Assembly (NCBI GenBank): GCA_965277715.1
Contig: OZ255836.1
Location: 1,248,001-1,312,000, forward strand
DNA from: Gammaproteobacteria bacterium
GTDB taxonomy: Bacteria > Pseudomonadota > Gammaproteobacteria > JBCCGL01
Length of the DNA: 64,000 bases
Direction: 5' to 3'
Position numbers and translations under genes: made by a program. The notes under the pieces were generated by a model. The model saw nothing but the letters and a program-made list of their open reading frames with translations, searched no databases and was not told the DNA's origin. Of this stretch, positions 31,856 to 40,578 are shown piece after piece (the first letter of the stretch is position 1; every line of letters begins with the position of its first letter).

Positions 31856-32515
31856 GTGGCAGATACAGCACCGCAAAAAAACATGGTCGTTGGTCGGGTA
31901 CGCGCTTACAAACAGAAAAAAATCCTACGCGCCGCAGAACAAGAGTTTGAACAATACGGTTACGGTGGTGCACGGATAAAACGCATCGCCGAACGCGCCG
32001 ACCTTCCCAAGGCCAACATTCACTACTACTACAAAAACAAACACGCGCTGTACCTCGCCGTATTAGACGGCGTCTTATCACTCTGGAACAGCGCATTCGA
32101 TAATATTCACGCCGACCACGATCCCGCCGAGGCCATCGAAAAATACATCCGCGCCAAGCTCGACTACTCGCGTCGAAACGCCATAGCGGCGCGCATTTTT
32201 GCCAGTGAAATTATTCACGGCGCCCCGAATCTGACAAACTACCTACAGACCGAATCTCGACAGTGGATGACCCAAAAATCACAGGTGATTCGCCAATGGA
32301 TTCAGCAGGGCAAGCTCGCCCCTATCGATCCACTCCATTTGATTTTTTTAATCTGGGGGGCAACACAGCACTATGCCGATTACCACGCGCAGATTGCCCT
32401 CATCTATGGAAAAGCGGAGCTGGATGATAGCGATTACGAATCGATTACCCAGTCTATTAGCCACATCATATTAACGGGGTGTGGATTATCCTCCGCTAAC
32501 CGGCTACTTGATTAA
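31856..32515 (+). CDS. TetR family regulator, RutR-like
   Basis: IAERADLPKANIHYYY HTH; YIRAKL, FASEIIHGAP, IWGATQHYADY. Confidence 0.9.
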   Translation: MADTAPQKNMVVGRVRAYKQKKILRAAEQEFEQYGYGGARIKRIAERADLPKANIHYYYKNKHALYLAVLDGVLSLWNSAFDNIHADHDPAEAIEKYIRAKLDYSRRNAIAARIFASEIIHGAPNLTNYLQTESRQWMTQKSQVIRQWIQQGKLAPIDPLHLIFLIWGATQHYADYHAQIALIYGKAELDDSDYESITQSISHIILTGCGLSSANRLLD

Positions 32516-33080
32516 TAAAGCGGCTGGCCGCTTCCACCATCTCCCGCATATTGGGTTTATTGAGGCAAATCTCCTCAACCGTCAAGCCTTGCATTTCATG
32601 TGGAAACACCAGCCAGTTGTCGGTTTTATGGATAAAGTAATCGGGTGCACGGTCTGTGCGGTTTTTACCGGGCTTAAAATAAGGTGTCGCAATGCGAATA
32701 TCGGCGGGGGTATTTTTACGCGCTTTTGAATACAGTGTATCGATGACTGCCTTGACACTCAGGCCGGTGTCATACACATCATCGACAATCAAAAGCGAAT
32801 CCTCGTGGTCGATATTGCGAATTACATAACTCAGGCCGTGCACCGCCACAGGCGCCTCAACGCGATCCAATCCTTTATACGATGATGTGCGGATGGAAAT
32901 ATGGTCAGTTGGCACCCCAAAATAGTGCAACAACTCCTGTACAGCGATGCCCACCGGGGTACCACCACGCCAGATACCGACAATAAAATCAGGGCGGAAC
33001 CCATCTTCGAGTATTTTCACCGCCAGCCGGTATGAGTCATCCAACAAGGATTGTGCGGAGATATAGACTTTGTCCGACAT
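32496..33080 (-). CDS. Type I phosphoribosyltransferase (probably purine)
   Basis: GIWRGG loop, LLIVDDVYDTGLS PRPP site, WLVFPHE. Confidence 0.85.
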   Translation of the reverse strand: MSDKVYISAQSLLDDSYRLAVKILEDGFRPDFIVGIWRGGTPVGIAVQELLHYFGVPTDHISIRTSSYKGLDRVEAPVAVHGLSYVIRNIDHEDSLLIVDDVYDTGLSVKAVIDTLYSKARKNTPADIRIATPYFKPGKNRTDRAPDYFIHKTDNWLVFPHEMQGLTVEEICLNKPNMREMVEAASRFINQVAG

Positions 33081-33193
33081 CGGCATACCGCCCCATTCGC
33101 AAAACCGGAAGAATACAAAAAAAACGGGCCTATTACCTGTTAAATTTTAAGGCCCGTTTTATTTCACCCGTCTATGGGGGTGAACCATACACT

Positions 33194-33457
33194 CTACTCA
33201 ATTATCAGGTTCTCCTTGTTCATTTCAACAATTTTACTGCCAATACCCTTTACCTTGAGTAGACCATCAATCGACTTAAACGGCCCGTTTTCGGTTCGGT
33301 ATTCGACAATGGCGGCGGCTTTAGCAGGCCCCACGCCATTGATCGCCGCAGCAAGCGCGCTGGCGTTGGCAGTATTGATATTAACGGGATTGGCATTGGC
33401 AAGTGAGGTAAACAGTAACAACACAAAACTAATTACTGACTTTCTAAAAAAATCCAT
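33194..33457 (-). CDS. ComEA-like helix-hairpin-helix DNA-binding protein (exported)
   Basis: Signal peptide, VNINTA, GVGPAKAAAIVEYR..NGPFKS, VKGIG. Confidence 0.92.
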   Translation of the reverse strand: MDFFRKSVISFVLLLFTSLANANPVNINTANASALAAAINGVGPAKAAAIVEYRTENGPFKSIDGLLKVKGIGSKIVEMNKENLIIE

Positions 33458-33737
33458 AACGACTCCTTAAAAAAATAAACTAATCAATGTTTAAAATATG
33501 GGTTAAACCCACACGCCGACCTGGCTCCCTGTGGTACTGACAAAAGTTACTCCCGATTGATTATTTCAATACAGCAGTCCTTCATCTGTATCACCGGTTA
33601 CCCGATCAGTGTTTAGCTTGCACCACTCCCCCGCGTTTGTCCAGCCGCTTTTAACCTGGAAAATACAACCCCATACCATCAATAATTGGCCCCAGCCCAC
33701 TTTCCACAGAGCCCACTCTAGGACAGGCATGAAATAA

Positions 33738-33767
33738 TTGACAGATAGTCCTACTCTCTTTTAGGAT
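33738..33767 (+). promoter_or_regulatory. Putative sigma70 promoter of the transposase
   Basis: TTGACA-N18-TAGGAT just inside the left IR; AAGGA RBS before ATG 33798. Confidence 0.5.
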
Positions 33768-33797
33768 GGCGTCCAGCCAACGTTAAAGGAACTGACC

Positions 33798-34763
33798 ATG
33801 ACCCGCCCCCGCAAAGACCAAATCTCACTACCAGACACCCCCTACTACCACATCGTATCGCGCTGTGTACGGCGCACCTTTCTCTGCGGGCTGGATCCAC
33901 TGACCCAACGCGACTATGAGCATCGTCGGCAATGGATTGTCGACCGCATCCGGCTGCTCTCATCGCTCTTTGCCGTTGACCTGTGCGCCTACGCCATCAT
34001 GAGCAATCATTACCACCTCACCGTTAAACTCAACCCAGAACAAATCGATACACTAACTGACCAGGAAGTTATCAACCGCTGGTTAAGCCTGCACAAAGGC
34101 TCCCTGTTGGTGCAAAAAATGCAGGCGGGGGAAACCCTCAGTACCGTTGAATATCACGCCGTTGGCGATATTGTCACCGCCTGGCGCCAACGTCTGAGCA
34201 GCTTAAGCTGGTTTATGAAGTGCCTTAACGAACCCATTGCCCGGCGGGCCAACAAAGAAGACGAGTGCACTGGCCATTTCTGGGAGGCCCGATTTAAATC
34301 ACAGGCACTGCGCTCTGATGAAGCCTTATTGGCCAATATGGTCTATGTTGACCTCAACCCTGTCCGTGCTGGTATCGCCGACAAACCCGAGAATGCCGAT
34401 TACACCAGTATTCAGGAGCGTATCACTCCCCAGTTCAATCTCAGACAGGCTGTCCAACAACAAATCACTGGTGAAGAACTACAGCAGTTCAATGCCCCAT
34501 TAAAACCACTTCTGCATTTCTCCGAGACCATTAACGACACATCTACCGGCATCCCGCTAAATTTTACTGACTATCTGACTTTGGTTGACTGGACGGGCAG
34601 AGCCATTCGGCAAGACAAGCGGGGGTATATTGCTCAAGACCTGCCGCCAATATTGCAACGACTCAACATTGACAAAGAGAACTGGTTAAACAACACCCAA
34701 CACTTTGAATCACGTTATTGGAAGGCATTATCTCACAGGGTAATTGCTGCTGATACCGGATAG
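33798..34763 (+). CDS. Y1/HUH tyrosine transposase (IS200-like fold, RAYT-like, C-terminally extended)
   Basis: YYHIVSRCVRR, YAIMSNHYH (HUH), GHFWEARFKS, YVDLNPVRAG (catalytic Tyr), YTSI, LVDWTGR. Confidence 0.92.
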   Translation: MTRPRKDQISLPDTPYYHIVSRCVRRTFLCGLDPLTQRDYEHRRQWIVDRIRLLSSLFAVDLCAYAIMSNHYHLTVKLNPEQIDTLTDQEVINRWLSLHKGSLLVQKMQAGETLSTVEYHAVGDIVTAWRQRLSSLSWFMKCLNEPIARRANKEDECTGHFWEARFKSQALRSDEALLANMVYVDLNPVRAGIADKPENADYTSIQERITPQFNLRQAVQQQITGEELQQFNAPLKPLLHFSETINDTSTGIPLNFTDYLTLVDWTGRAIRQDKRGYIAQDLPPILQRLNIDKENWLNNTQHFESRYWKALSHRVIAADTG

Positions 34764-34926
34764 TCATTCAACCGCTTTACTCTTCCAATTTTCTGGATTT
34801 TCTCAACTCACTAATAATGGGTTATTTTTGTTTTGCCTGAAAAAATATTTTTCCTAAAACAAGGCTCAATAGTTAGATCATCACATCGAAAACACCCTCC
34901 AAATAGGTAAAAAAACACAGGTTTGA

Positions 34927-36318
34927 CTACCCTGGATACTGTTTTCCATTTTTAGGATACCTTTGTATTTCTCTATATAATGCCTGTCCTTTAAAATCTA
35001 AGCGTTCAGGCTTGATGGCAATAGCCAACTTTTCCACCAGCTCATCAATTTGATGATCGTCGATAATAAACGGCGGCGCGATCAACACATGGTCACCCCG
35101 CTGACCATCGAGCGTACCGCCCATCGGGTAGCAAATTAAACCCGCCGCAAACGCGGCCTGCTTGATTTTTCGGTGCACGCCAAGCGCAGGATCAAACGGT
35201 GTTTTTGAAGTTTTATCCCGCACAATTTCCACTCCTCGAAATAACCCCCTTCCCCGAATATCCCCCACGTAAGGGTGCTGATCAAATTTATCGTGTAATG
35301 CCTGGTGCAGTTTTTCGCCCTGCTGTTTACACCGTGAAATAAGGTCTCTCTGAATAATGGCGCTCACTACGGCAAGGCCAGCGGCACAGGCGGTCGGATG
35401 GCCAAGGTAGGTGTGACCATGCTGGAAAAAACCGCTACCGGTTTCTATCGTCTGGTAAATTTCCTGGCTACACAACATCGCACCGATGGGCTGATACCCG
35501 GCACCCAGCCCTTTGGCGATGGCCATAATATCCGGTGTTACGCCCTCCTGTTCACAGGCGTATAAGGAGCCGGTGCGTCCCATGCCACACATCACTTCAT
35601 CGAGAATCAATAACACGCCATAGCGATCACAGATTTCCCGAATACGTTTGAAATACCCGGGAACACCAGGCACCGCCCCCAACGTGGCACCGACTACTGG
35701 CTCGGCGATAAACGCCATCACCTGGTCAGCACCGAGGCGCAGGATCTCCTGTTCCAATTCATCGGCAACCCGGATACCGTATTCCACTTCGGTCTCCCCC
35801 TGCTGCTGGCCACGGTAGGAGTAACACGGGCTGATGTGGGTAGTTTCAATCATTAGCGGTGAAAAAGGCGCACGCCGCCACAAATTACCACCCGCCGCCA
35901 GCGCGCCCAGAGTATTGCCATGGTAGCTTTGCAGACGGGCAATAACACGGGACCGGGATGTCTCGCCCTTTTCTATAAAGTATTGGCGCGCCAGTTTAAT
36001 CGACGCTTCCACCGCCTCGGAACCACCCGATACAAACAATACTCTGTCCAGGTTACCCGGTGCCTGCTGAATCAATAAATCGGCCAGTTTTTCGGCAGGC
36101 TCGCTGGAGAAGAATCCCGTGTGTGCAAAGGCGACTTTATCCAGTTGCTGTTTGACCTGGTCGATAATGTCTGCATCTCCATGGCCAAGGCAGGAAACGG
36201 CTGCACCACCGGAACCGTCCAGGTAGCGTTTACCCTGTTGATCGATCAGGTAACAGCCCTCTCCGGCGACGGCGATAGGTGGAATGTTTTTAGTGTGGCG
36301 GGGGAATACGTGGCTCAA
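34927..36318 (-). CDS. Class III PLP aminotransferase
   Basis: SGGSEA, SYHGNT, FIAEPVVG, LILDEVMCGMGRTG, IAKGLGAG, HGHTY; the last ~20 aa are encoded inside the neighbouring element. Confidence 0.92.
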   Translation of the reverse strand: MSHVFPRHTKNIPPIAVAGEGCYLIDQQGKRYLDGSGGAAVSCLGHGDADIIDQVKQQLDKVAFAHTGFFSSEPAEKLADLLIQQAPGNLDRVLFVSGGSEAVEASIKLARQYFIEKGETSRSRVIARLQSYHGNTLGALAAGGNLWRRAPFSPLMIETTHISPCYSYRGQQQGETEVEYGIRVADELEQEILRLGADQVMAFIAEPVVGATLGAVPGVPGYFKRIREICDRYGVLLILDEVMCGMGRTGSLYACEQEGVTPDIMAIAKGLGAGYQPIGAMLCSQEIYQTIETGSGFFQHGHTYLGHPTACAAGLAVVSAIIQRDLISRCKQQGEKLHQALHDKFDQHPYVGDIRGRGLFRGVEIVRDKTSKTPFDPALGVHRKIKQAAFAAGLICYPMGGTLDGQRGDHVLIAPPFIIDDHQIDELVEKLAIAIKPERLDFKGQALYREIQRYPKNGKQYPG

Positions 36319-36484
36319 GGTTATGGCTCGCTTGAAAGGTGAATAATAGTGGTTTTTGGTAAGGTTTGGGATGCTAGCTGAGAATGGCTGCCCTGGCGAG
36401 GAAAAGCCTTGTTTTACGATAAACTAGCCGGTTTTATCTAAGTTCGGTACAGGCTGTGAGAATACCTTGCTAATCAATACTGGT

Positions 36485-36580
36485 GTCGGCAACTGCTCCT
36501 GCGTTGCTCTAGCTCCTGTATCCATACAGTCGTCGGCAACTGCTCCTGCGTTGCTCTATCTCCTGTATCCATACAGTCGT
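36485..36580. repeat. Tandem duplication of a 47-bp REP-like unit (2 copies, 1 mismatch)
   Basis: GTCGGCAACTGCTCCTGCGTTGCTCTA(G/T)CTCCTGTATCCATACAGTC at 36485 and 36532. Confidence 0.95.
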
Positions 36581-36854
36581 ACGCCAACTGTTTCTGTGGA
36601 AAGCAGGCTGGCGCTGATTACTGATAACATGAGGTGCGCCTCTGATGTATTGCCTGCTTATCTAAGTGGTCTTATATATTCGTCAATTCAACGTCAGGGG
36701 GTGCTGGTTGAGTGCGAAAAAGCTGTGTAAGGTATTGGCGTGCATGGGAAGGTTTAAAAAAATCGTCGTGACTCACAGGAAGTACGGAATGCTGAAGGTG
36801 CACTCACTAAACAATTCAATACCAACAATCTGACAGGCTGAGGAAATAGATAAG

Positions 36855-37907
36855 ATGAAATTTCGACAATTGGGTAGTTCCGGTATAAACGTCAGTGCGA
36901 TTTGCCTTGGCACGATGACCTGGGGCGAACAAAACACGCGGGATGAAGCATTTCAACAAATGGATTTTGCACTGGATAACGGGGTGAATTTCTGGGATGC
37001 CGCTGAGATGTATCCAGTGCCTGTACAGGCGGAAACAGCCGGTGATACCGAGCGCTGTATTGGCAATTGGCTGACGAAAAACGGGCGCCGCGATGAGGTG
37101 GTTCTGGCCACTAAGGTGATAGGGCGCAGCGATAGAGCCTGGGTTAGAGACGGACAGGAAACCAGGGTAAACCGCGAACAGATTAATCAGGCAGTTGATG
37201 GCAGTTTAAGACGCTTAAATACGGATTACATCGATTTGTACCAGGTGCACTGGCCAGATAGAAGGATGGGTCTATGGGGAGAAGGTGACGGTTCTTACGT
37301 GCATAAAGAGGAGGTCGATGAGGTGTCTGTTCTGGAAACGATGGATGCGTTGGCCGAGCTGGTAAAGGCGGGAAAGGTGCGTGCATTGGGAGTGTCTAAT
37401 GAAACGCCCTGGGGTATCGCGCAATATTTACAGGCTTCGCGATACCACGGCTACCCGGAAATTGTATCTATCCAGAATTCTTACAGCCTGTTAAACCGCG
37501 TGTATGAAATGGGCTTGAGCGAATTCAGTTACCGTGAGGGTATTGGTTTACTCGCCTATTCGCCGCTGGCAATGGGGACACTCTCCGGTAAATATGCGCA
37601 GAATGCTGTTCCCAAGGGAAGCCGGATGGCGCTGTTTCCCGAGTTTATGCACCGCTACCAAACGCCGATGGGAGAGCAGGCGATTAGTGCCTATATCCAG
37701 CTGGCACAGGATTTTTCTCTCACCCCCACACAATTGGCGCTGGGGTTTGTCAATACCCGACCGTTTATGACATCCAATATTATTGGCGCTACAACGATTC
37801 AACAGCTCAAGGAGAACATTGAAAGCATTGAGGTAACGATTTCTGATGAGCTTGAGCAGGCAGTACACGCTATTCACCGGGTGTGTAAAAACCCGGCGGC
37901 GGTGTAA
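36855..37907 (+). CDS. tas: NADP(H)-dependent aldo-keto reductase, Tas-like
   Basis: ICLGTMTWGEQN, DAAEMYPVP, DYIDLYQVHWPDR, GVSNETPWG, SIQNSYSLLNR. Confidence 0.9.
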   Translation: MKFRQLGSSGINVSAICLGTMTWGEQNTRDEAFQQMDFALDNGVNFWDAAEMYPVPVQAETAGDTERCIGNWLTKNGRRDEVVLATKVIGRSDRAWVRDGQETRVNREQINQAVDGSLRRLNTDYIDLYQVHWPDRRMGLWGEGDGSYVHKEEVDEVSVLETMDALAELVKAGKVRALGVSNETPWGIAQYLQASRYHGYPEIVSIQNSYSLLNRVYEMGLSEFSYREGIGLLAYSPLAMGTLSGKYAQNAVPKGSRMALFPEFMHRYQTPMGEQAISAYIQLAQDFSLTPTQLALGFVNTRPFMTSNIIGATTIQQLKENIESIEVTISDELEQAVHAIHRVCKNPAAV

Positions 37908-37909
37908 AT

Positions 37910-38869
37910 TCAGCAGAGACAATCGTTAAATGCGCGATCAATAGGCGCGGTTAAGAGTGATTCGCTACGGCCAATGACCACAATCCTTGTGGTCGAGCGC
38001 CCACCAATATCCATCTCCTCATCTAGGGGTTCCAGGGTCGCACGCCTGCCCACCAGGTTAAACAAGTGCATTGTTTCCGGGGCCTGGGTGAAACGAACAA
38101 ACCCTTTCGCCCGCCAGCAAAAACGGGAAATCTCACTGGCAAACACATCAAAACGCTGCTTATCGAGTGCGCACTCGCTGCGTACAGTGTGTTCTGTATA
38201 ACCGTGGTGGTTATCACTTAGCCACAAATCATTGCCCGGGTGGCGCGACGCCAGGTTGGTAGCCCCCGGCGCAAACAACAGTGGCACGGGGATATGGCTG
38301 TAGGCGGTGGTCTGGGTAGCCACCGTGGGCGCCACAGTATTGAGGTGTGCTAATAGGTCGGTGTATTGGTCTTTTGTGGCAATATCGCGCTTATTGATAA
38401 TCACCAGATCGCTCAGCGCGGCGTGGTCGAGTACGCGCTCGGCGGCGTCAAAATCCAGTTGATCAAAGGTGCTGGCATCGACGATGTACACCAGCGCATC
38501 CTCCCGGACAATACCGGCATTGCCCAGCATATGCACAGAACTGAGTAATGATACCGGGTCACTGACACCACTGGCCTCGACAACAATCGCATCAATCCCC
38601 TGCTCCTGGTTGACAATCTGTGTCACAGCGTTGAGTAAATCACTCTGTAGAGAACAGCAGATACACCCATTGGTCAGTGCGATACGATCCTGTTCAGCAT
38701 TTTGGATCAAGTCATTATCGATATTGACTTTGCCAATATCGTTGACGATCACCGCAATACGCCTGCCCTCAGGGTTGTTCAGCACATGGTTAACCAGCGT
38801 GGTCTTCCCCGCGCCGAGGAAACCGCCAATAACAACGAGTGGGCGTGGTTGCCGATGTGCGCTGCGCAT
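37910..38869 (-). CDS. COG0523/CobW family G3E metallochaperone GTPase
   Basis: GFLGAGKTT, NGCICCSL (CxCC), VEASGVSDP, INKRD, RAKGF. Confidence 0.92.
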   Translation of the reverse strand: MRSAHRQPRPLVVIGGFLGAGKTTLVNHVLNNPEGRRIAVIVNDIGKVNIDNDLIQNAEQDRIALTNGCICCSLQSDLLNAVTQIVNQEQGIDAIVVEASGVSDPVSLLSSVHMLGNAGIVREDALVYIVDASTFDQLDFDAAERVLDHAALSDLVIINKRDIATKDQYTDLLAHLNTVAPTVATQTTAYSHIPVPLLFAPGATNLASRHPGNDLWLSDNHHGYTEHTVRSECALDKQRFDVFASEISRFCWRAKGFVRFTQAPETMHLFNLVGRRATLEPLDEEMDIGGRSTTRIVVIGRSESLLTAPIDRAFNDCLC

Positions 38870-38871
38870 GG

Positions 38872-40491
38872 CTAAACCGCCGTGTACACTTTTTCCCCGC
38901 CCAGCCAGGTTTCAAGGATGTTGATAGTGTGCATACGGTCTGGGTGTATATGTAACGGACTGGCGTCGAGTACGACAAAATCGGCGTACTTACCGGCAGT
39001 GATGCTACCGATTTTATCGTCCATAAACAGTTGGTGGGCAGCGTCTATCGTCACCGCACGCAGTGCCTGCTCGGCGGTGAGCGCTTCACCGGCACCAATC
39101 ACCCGGCCATCCAGAGTTTTTCGGGTGATCGCGGTCTGCATCAATTCGAGCGCCGAAGCGTCGGTCATCGGGGTATCCGCGTGCAGGCTGATCGGCATAC
39201 GGTGTTTTACCGCTGTGCCCGCTGGCATGTAGTGCGCAGCGCGTTCGGGACCGAAGAGCATATCTTCAATCGGAGCGCCCCAAAAGCGTATATGGCTAAT
39301 AAAAAAGCTGCATAAAACACCCAGTTGTCGAGCGCGTGCGATTTGATCTTCACGCATTAGCGCGCAGTGTTCCAGCCGAAAGCGGTGGTCTTTGCGTGGG
39401 TTGGCGGCGAGCAGGTCTTCAATAACGTCCAGCACCATATCGATGGTTCGGTCTCCCTGGGTGTGGACAGACATTTGCCATCCCTGGTCGAAATAGGTTT
39501 TTGCCATTTGGGTAAAATAATCGAGAGGGTAATTGATCCCGCCGATATGCCCAGGCTGTAAGTGCATTCTTTCACGGGTAACGTCGGAGTCAAGATAGGG
39601 CCTGGACAACCAGATATTACCGATAAAGGGCGAACCATCCGCGTGTATTTTCACCCCCGCCAACCACAGTTGGTGATGATCGAAGACCAGTGGATCGATA
39701 CGCATATCCGCCGTGGTGGCCTGTTGGTACGCCGCGATACGGGGCAGTTTTTTCCCTGCTTTCAACGCGGCCAGATAATAGCTTTTGTAATACGGCAGGT
39801 ATAAATGCTCGGTCAGGGTGGTGATACCCTGCGATAAAAATGTTGCCGCCGATTGTTCAAACTGCCCACTGAGCCGCGACTCCCCCCACACGGTGTAAAA
39901 CACATCCAGTACATCCCAGGTGCTGGCTTCCATTACCTGGCCAGTCGGTTCCCCGCTGGCATCACGGACAATCATGCCGCCCGGCTTATCGGGGGTATTG
40001 CGGTCTATGCCACACAGGGCCAGCGCCGCTGAATTGAGGTACACGGCGTGGCAGTTTGAGGTTTGGATGGCCAGGGGGTTGTGCGGCGCTATGGCATCCA
40101 GCATATCCCGGTCGGGTGAGACCATATCCGCGTGAAGCTGGGCGTCCAGCCCAAAAAAGACCAAACATTCACCTGGTGTTGCATGGGCAATACGGCGTTT
40201 GATTTTAGCCATGACTTTCTCAAATGTGGGTTCAACCAGCGCCCGCACATCCACCACCGGCGCGCCCCGGGTTTTTGCCGCCCACAGAATATGCGAGTGC
40301 GCCTCGATAAACCCCGGTAGCAATACCCGGCCTTGCAGGTCGTAATCGTGGGCGTTGGGCAGCAATGCCCGCATCGACGGATAGGTGCCGACAGCGATAA
40401 TGTTATGCCCTTGCACAGCCACGGCTTCACAGCCACTTGTCGCCTGGTCTAGGGTGATAATTTGCCCGCCGTGAAAGATTATTTCGCGCAT
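38872..40491 (-). CDS. Amidohydrolase family 3 (YtcJ-like) metallohydrolase
   Basis: PGFIEAHSH, GVKIHADGS, HTQGD, RLEHC, GSITAGKYADFVVL. Confidence 0.88.
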   Translation of the reverse strand: MREIIFHGGQIITLDQATSGCEAVAVQGHNIIAVGTYPSMRALLPNAHDYDLQGRVLLPGFIEAHSHILWAAKTRGAPVVDVRALVEPTFEKVMAKIKRRIAHATPGECLVFFGLDAQLHADMVSPDRDMLDAIAPHNPLAIQTSNCHAVYLNSAALALCGIDRNTPDKPGGMIVRDASGEPTGQVMEASTWDVLDVFYTVWGESRLSGQFEQSAATFLSQGITTLTEHLYLPYYKSYYLAALKAGKKLPRIAAYQQATTADMRIDPLVFDHHQLWLAGVKIHADGSPFIGNIWLSRPYLDSDVTRERMHLQPGHIGGINYPLDYFTQMAKTYFDQGWQMSVHTQGDRTIDMVLDVIEDLLAANPRKDHRFRLEHCALMREDQIARARQLGVLCSFFISHIRFWGAPIEDMLFGPERAAHYMPAGTAVKHRMPISLHADTPMTDASALELMQTAITRKTLDGRVIGAGEALTAEQALRAVTIDAAHQLFMDDKIGSITAGKYADFVVLDASPLHIHPDRMHTINILETWLGGEKVYTAV

Positions 40492-40578
40492 CGTTTAGTT
40501 TCCATATTTTTTATTGTATTTTGCCAATACCACATTGAGGCATTGTAAGATAATTGGCTGATAAAAAGAGAACACCCC

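Larger units (their letters stand above)
33720..34990 (+). mobile_element. Putative 1271-bp element: Y1/HUH transposase gene between perfect 11-bp inverted repeats
   Basis: AGGACAGGCAT (33720-33730) and ATGCCTGTCCT (34980-34990) flank the ORF and an AT-rich 3' tail. Confidence 0.7.

Noticed and set aside
36485-36580. CRISPR array
   Set aside because: Two directly abutting 47-bp units with no spacers, and no cas genes in the window.
36467-36730. 87-aa ORF
   Set aside because: It is largely a translation of the tandem repeat and has no recognisable domain.
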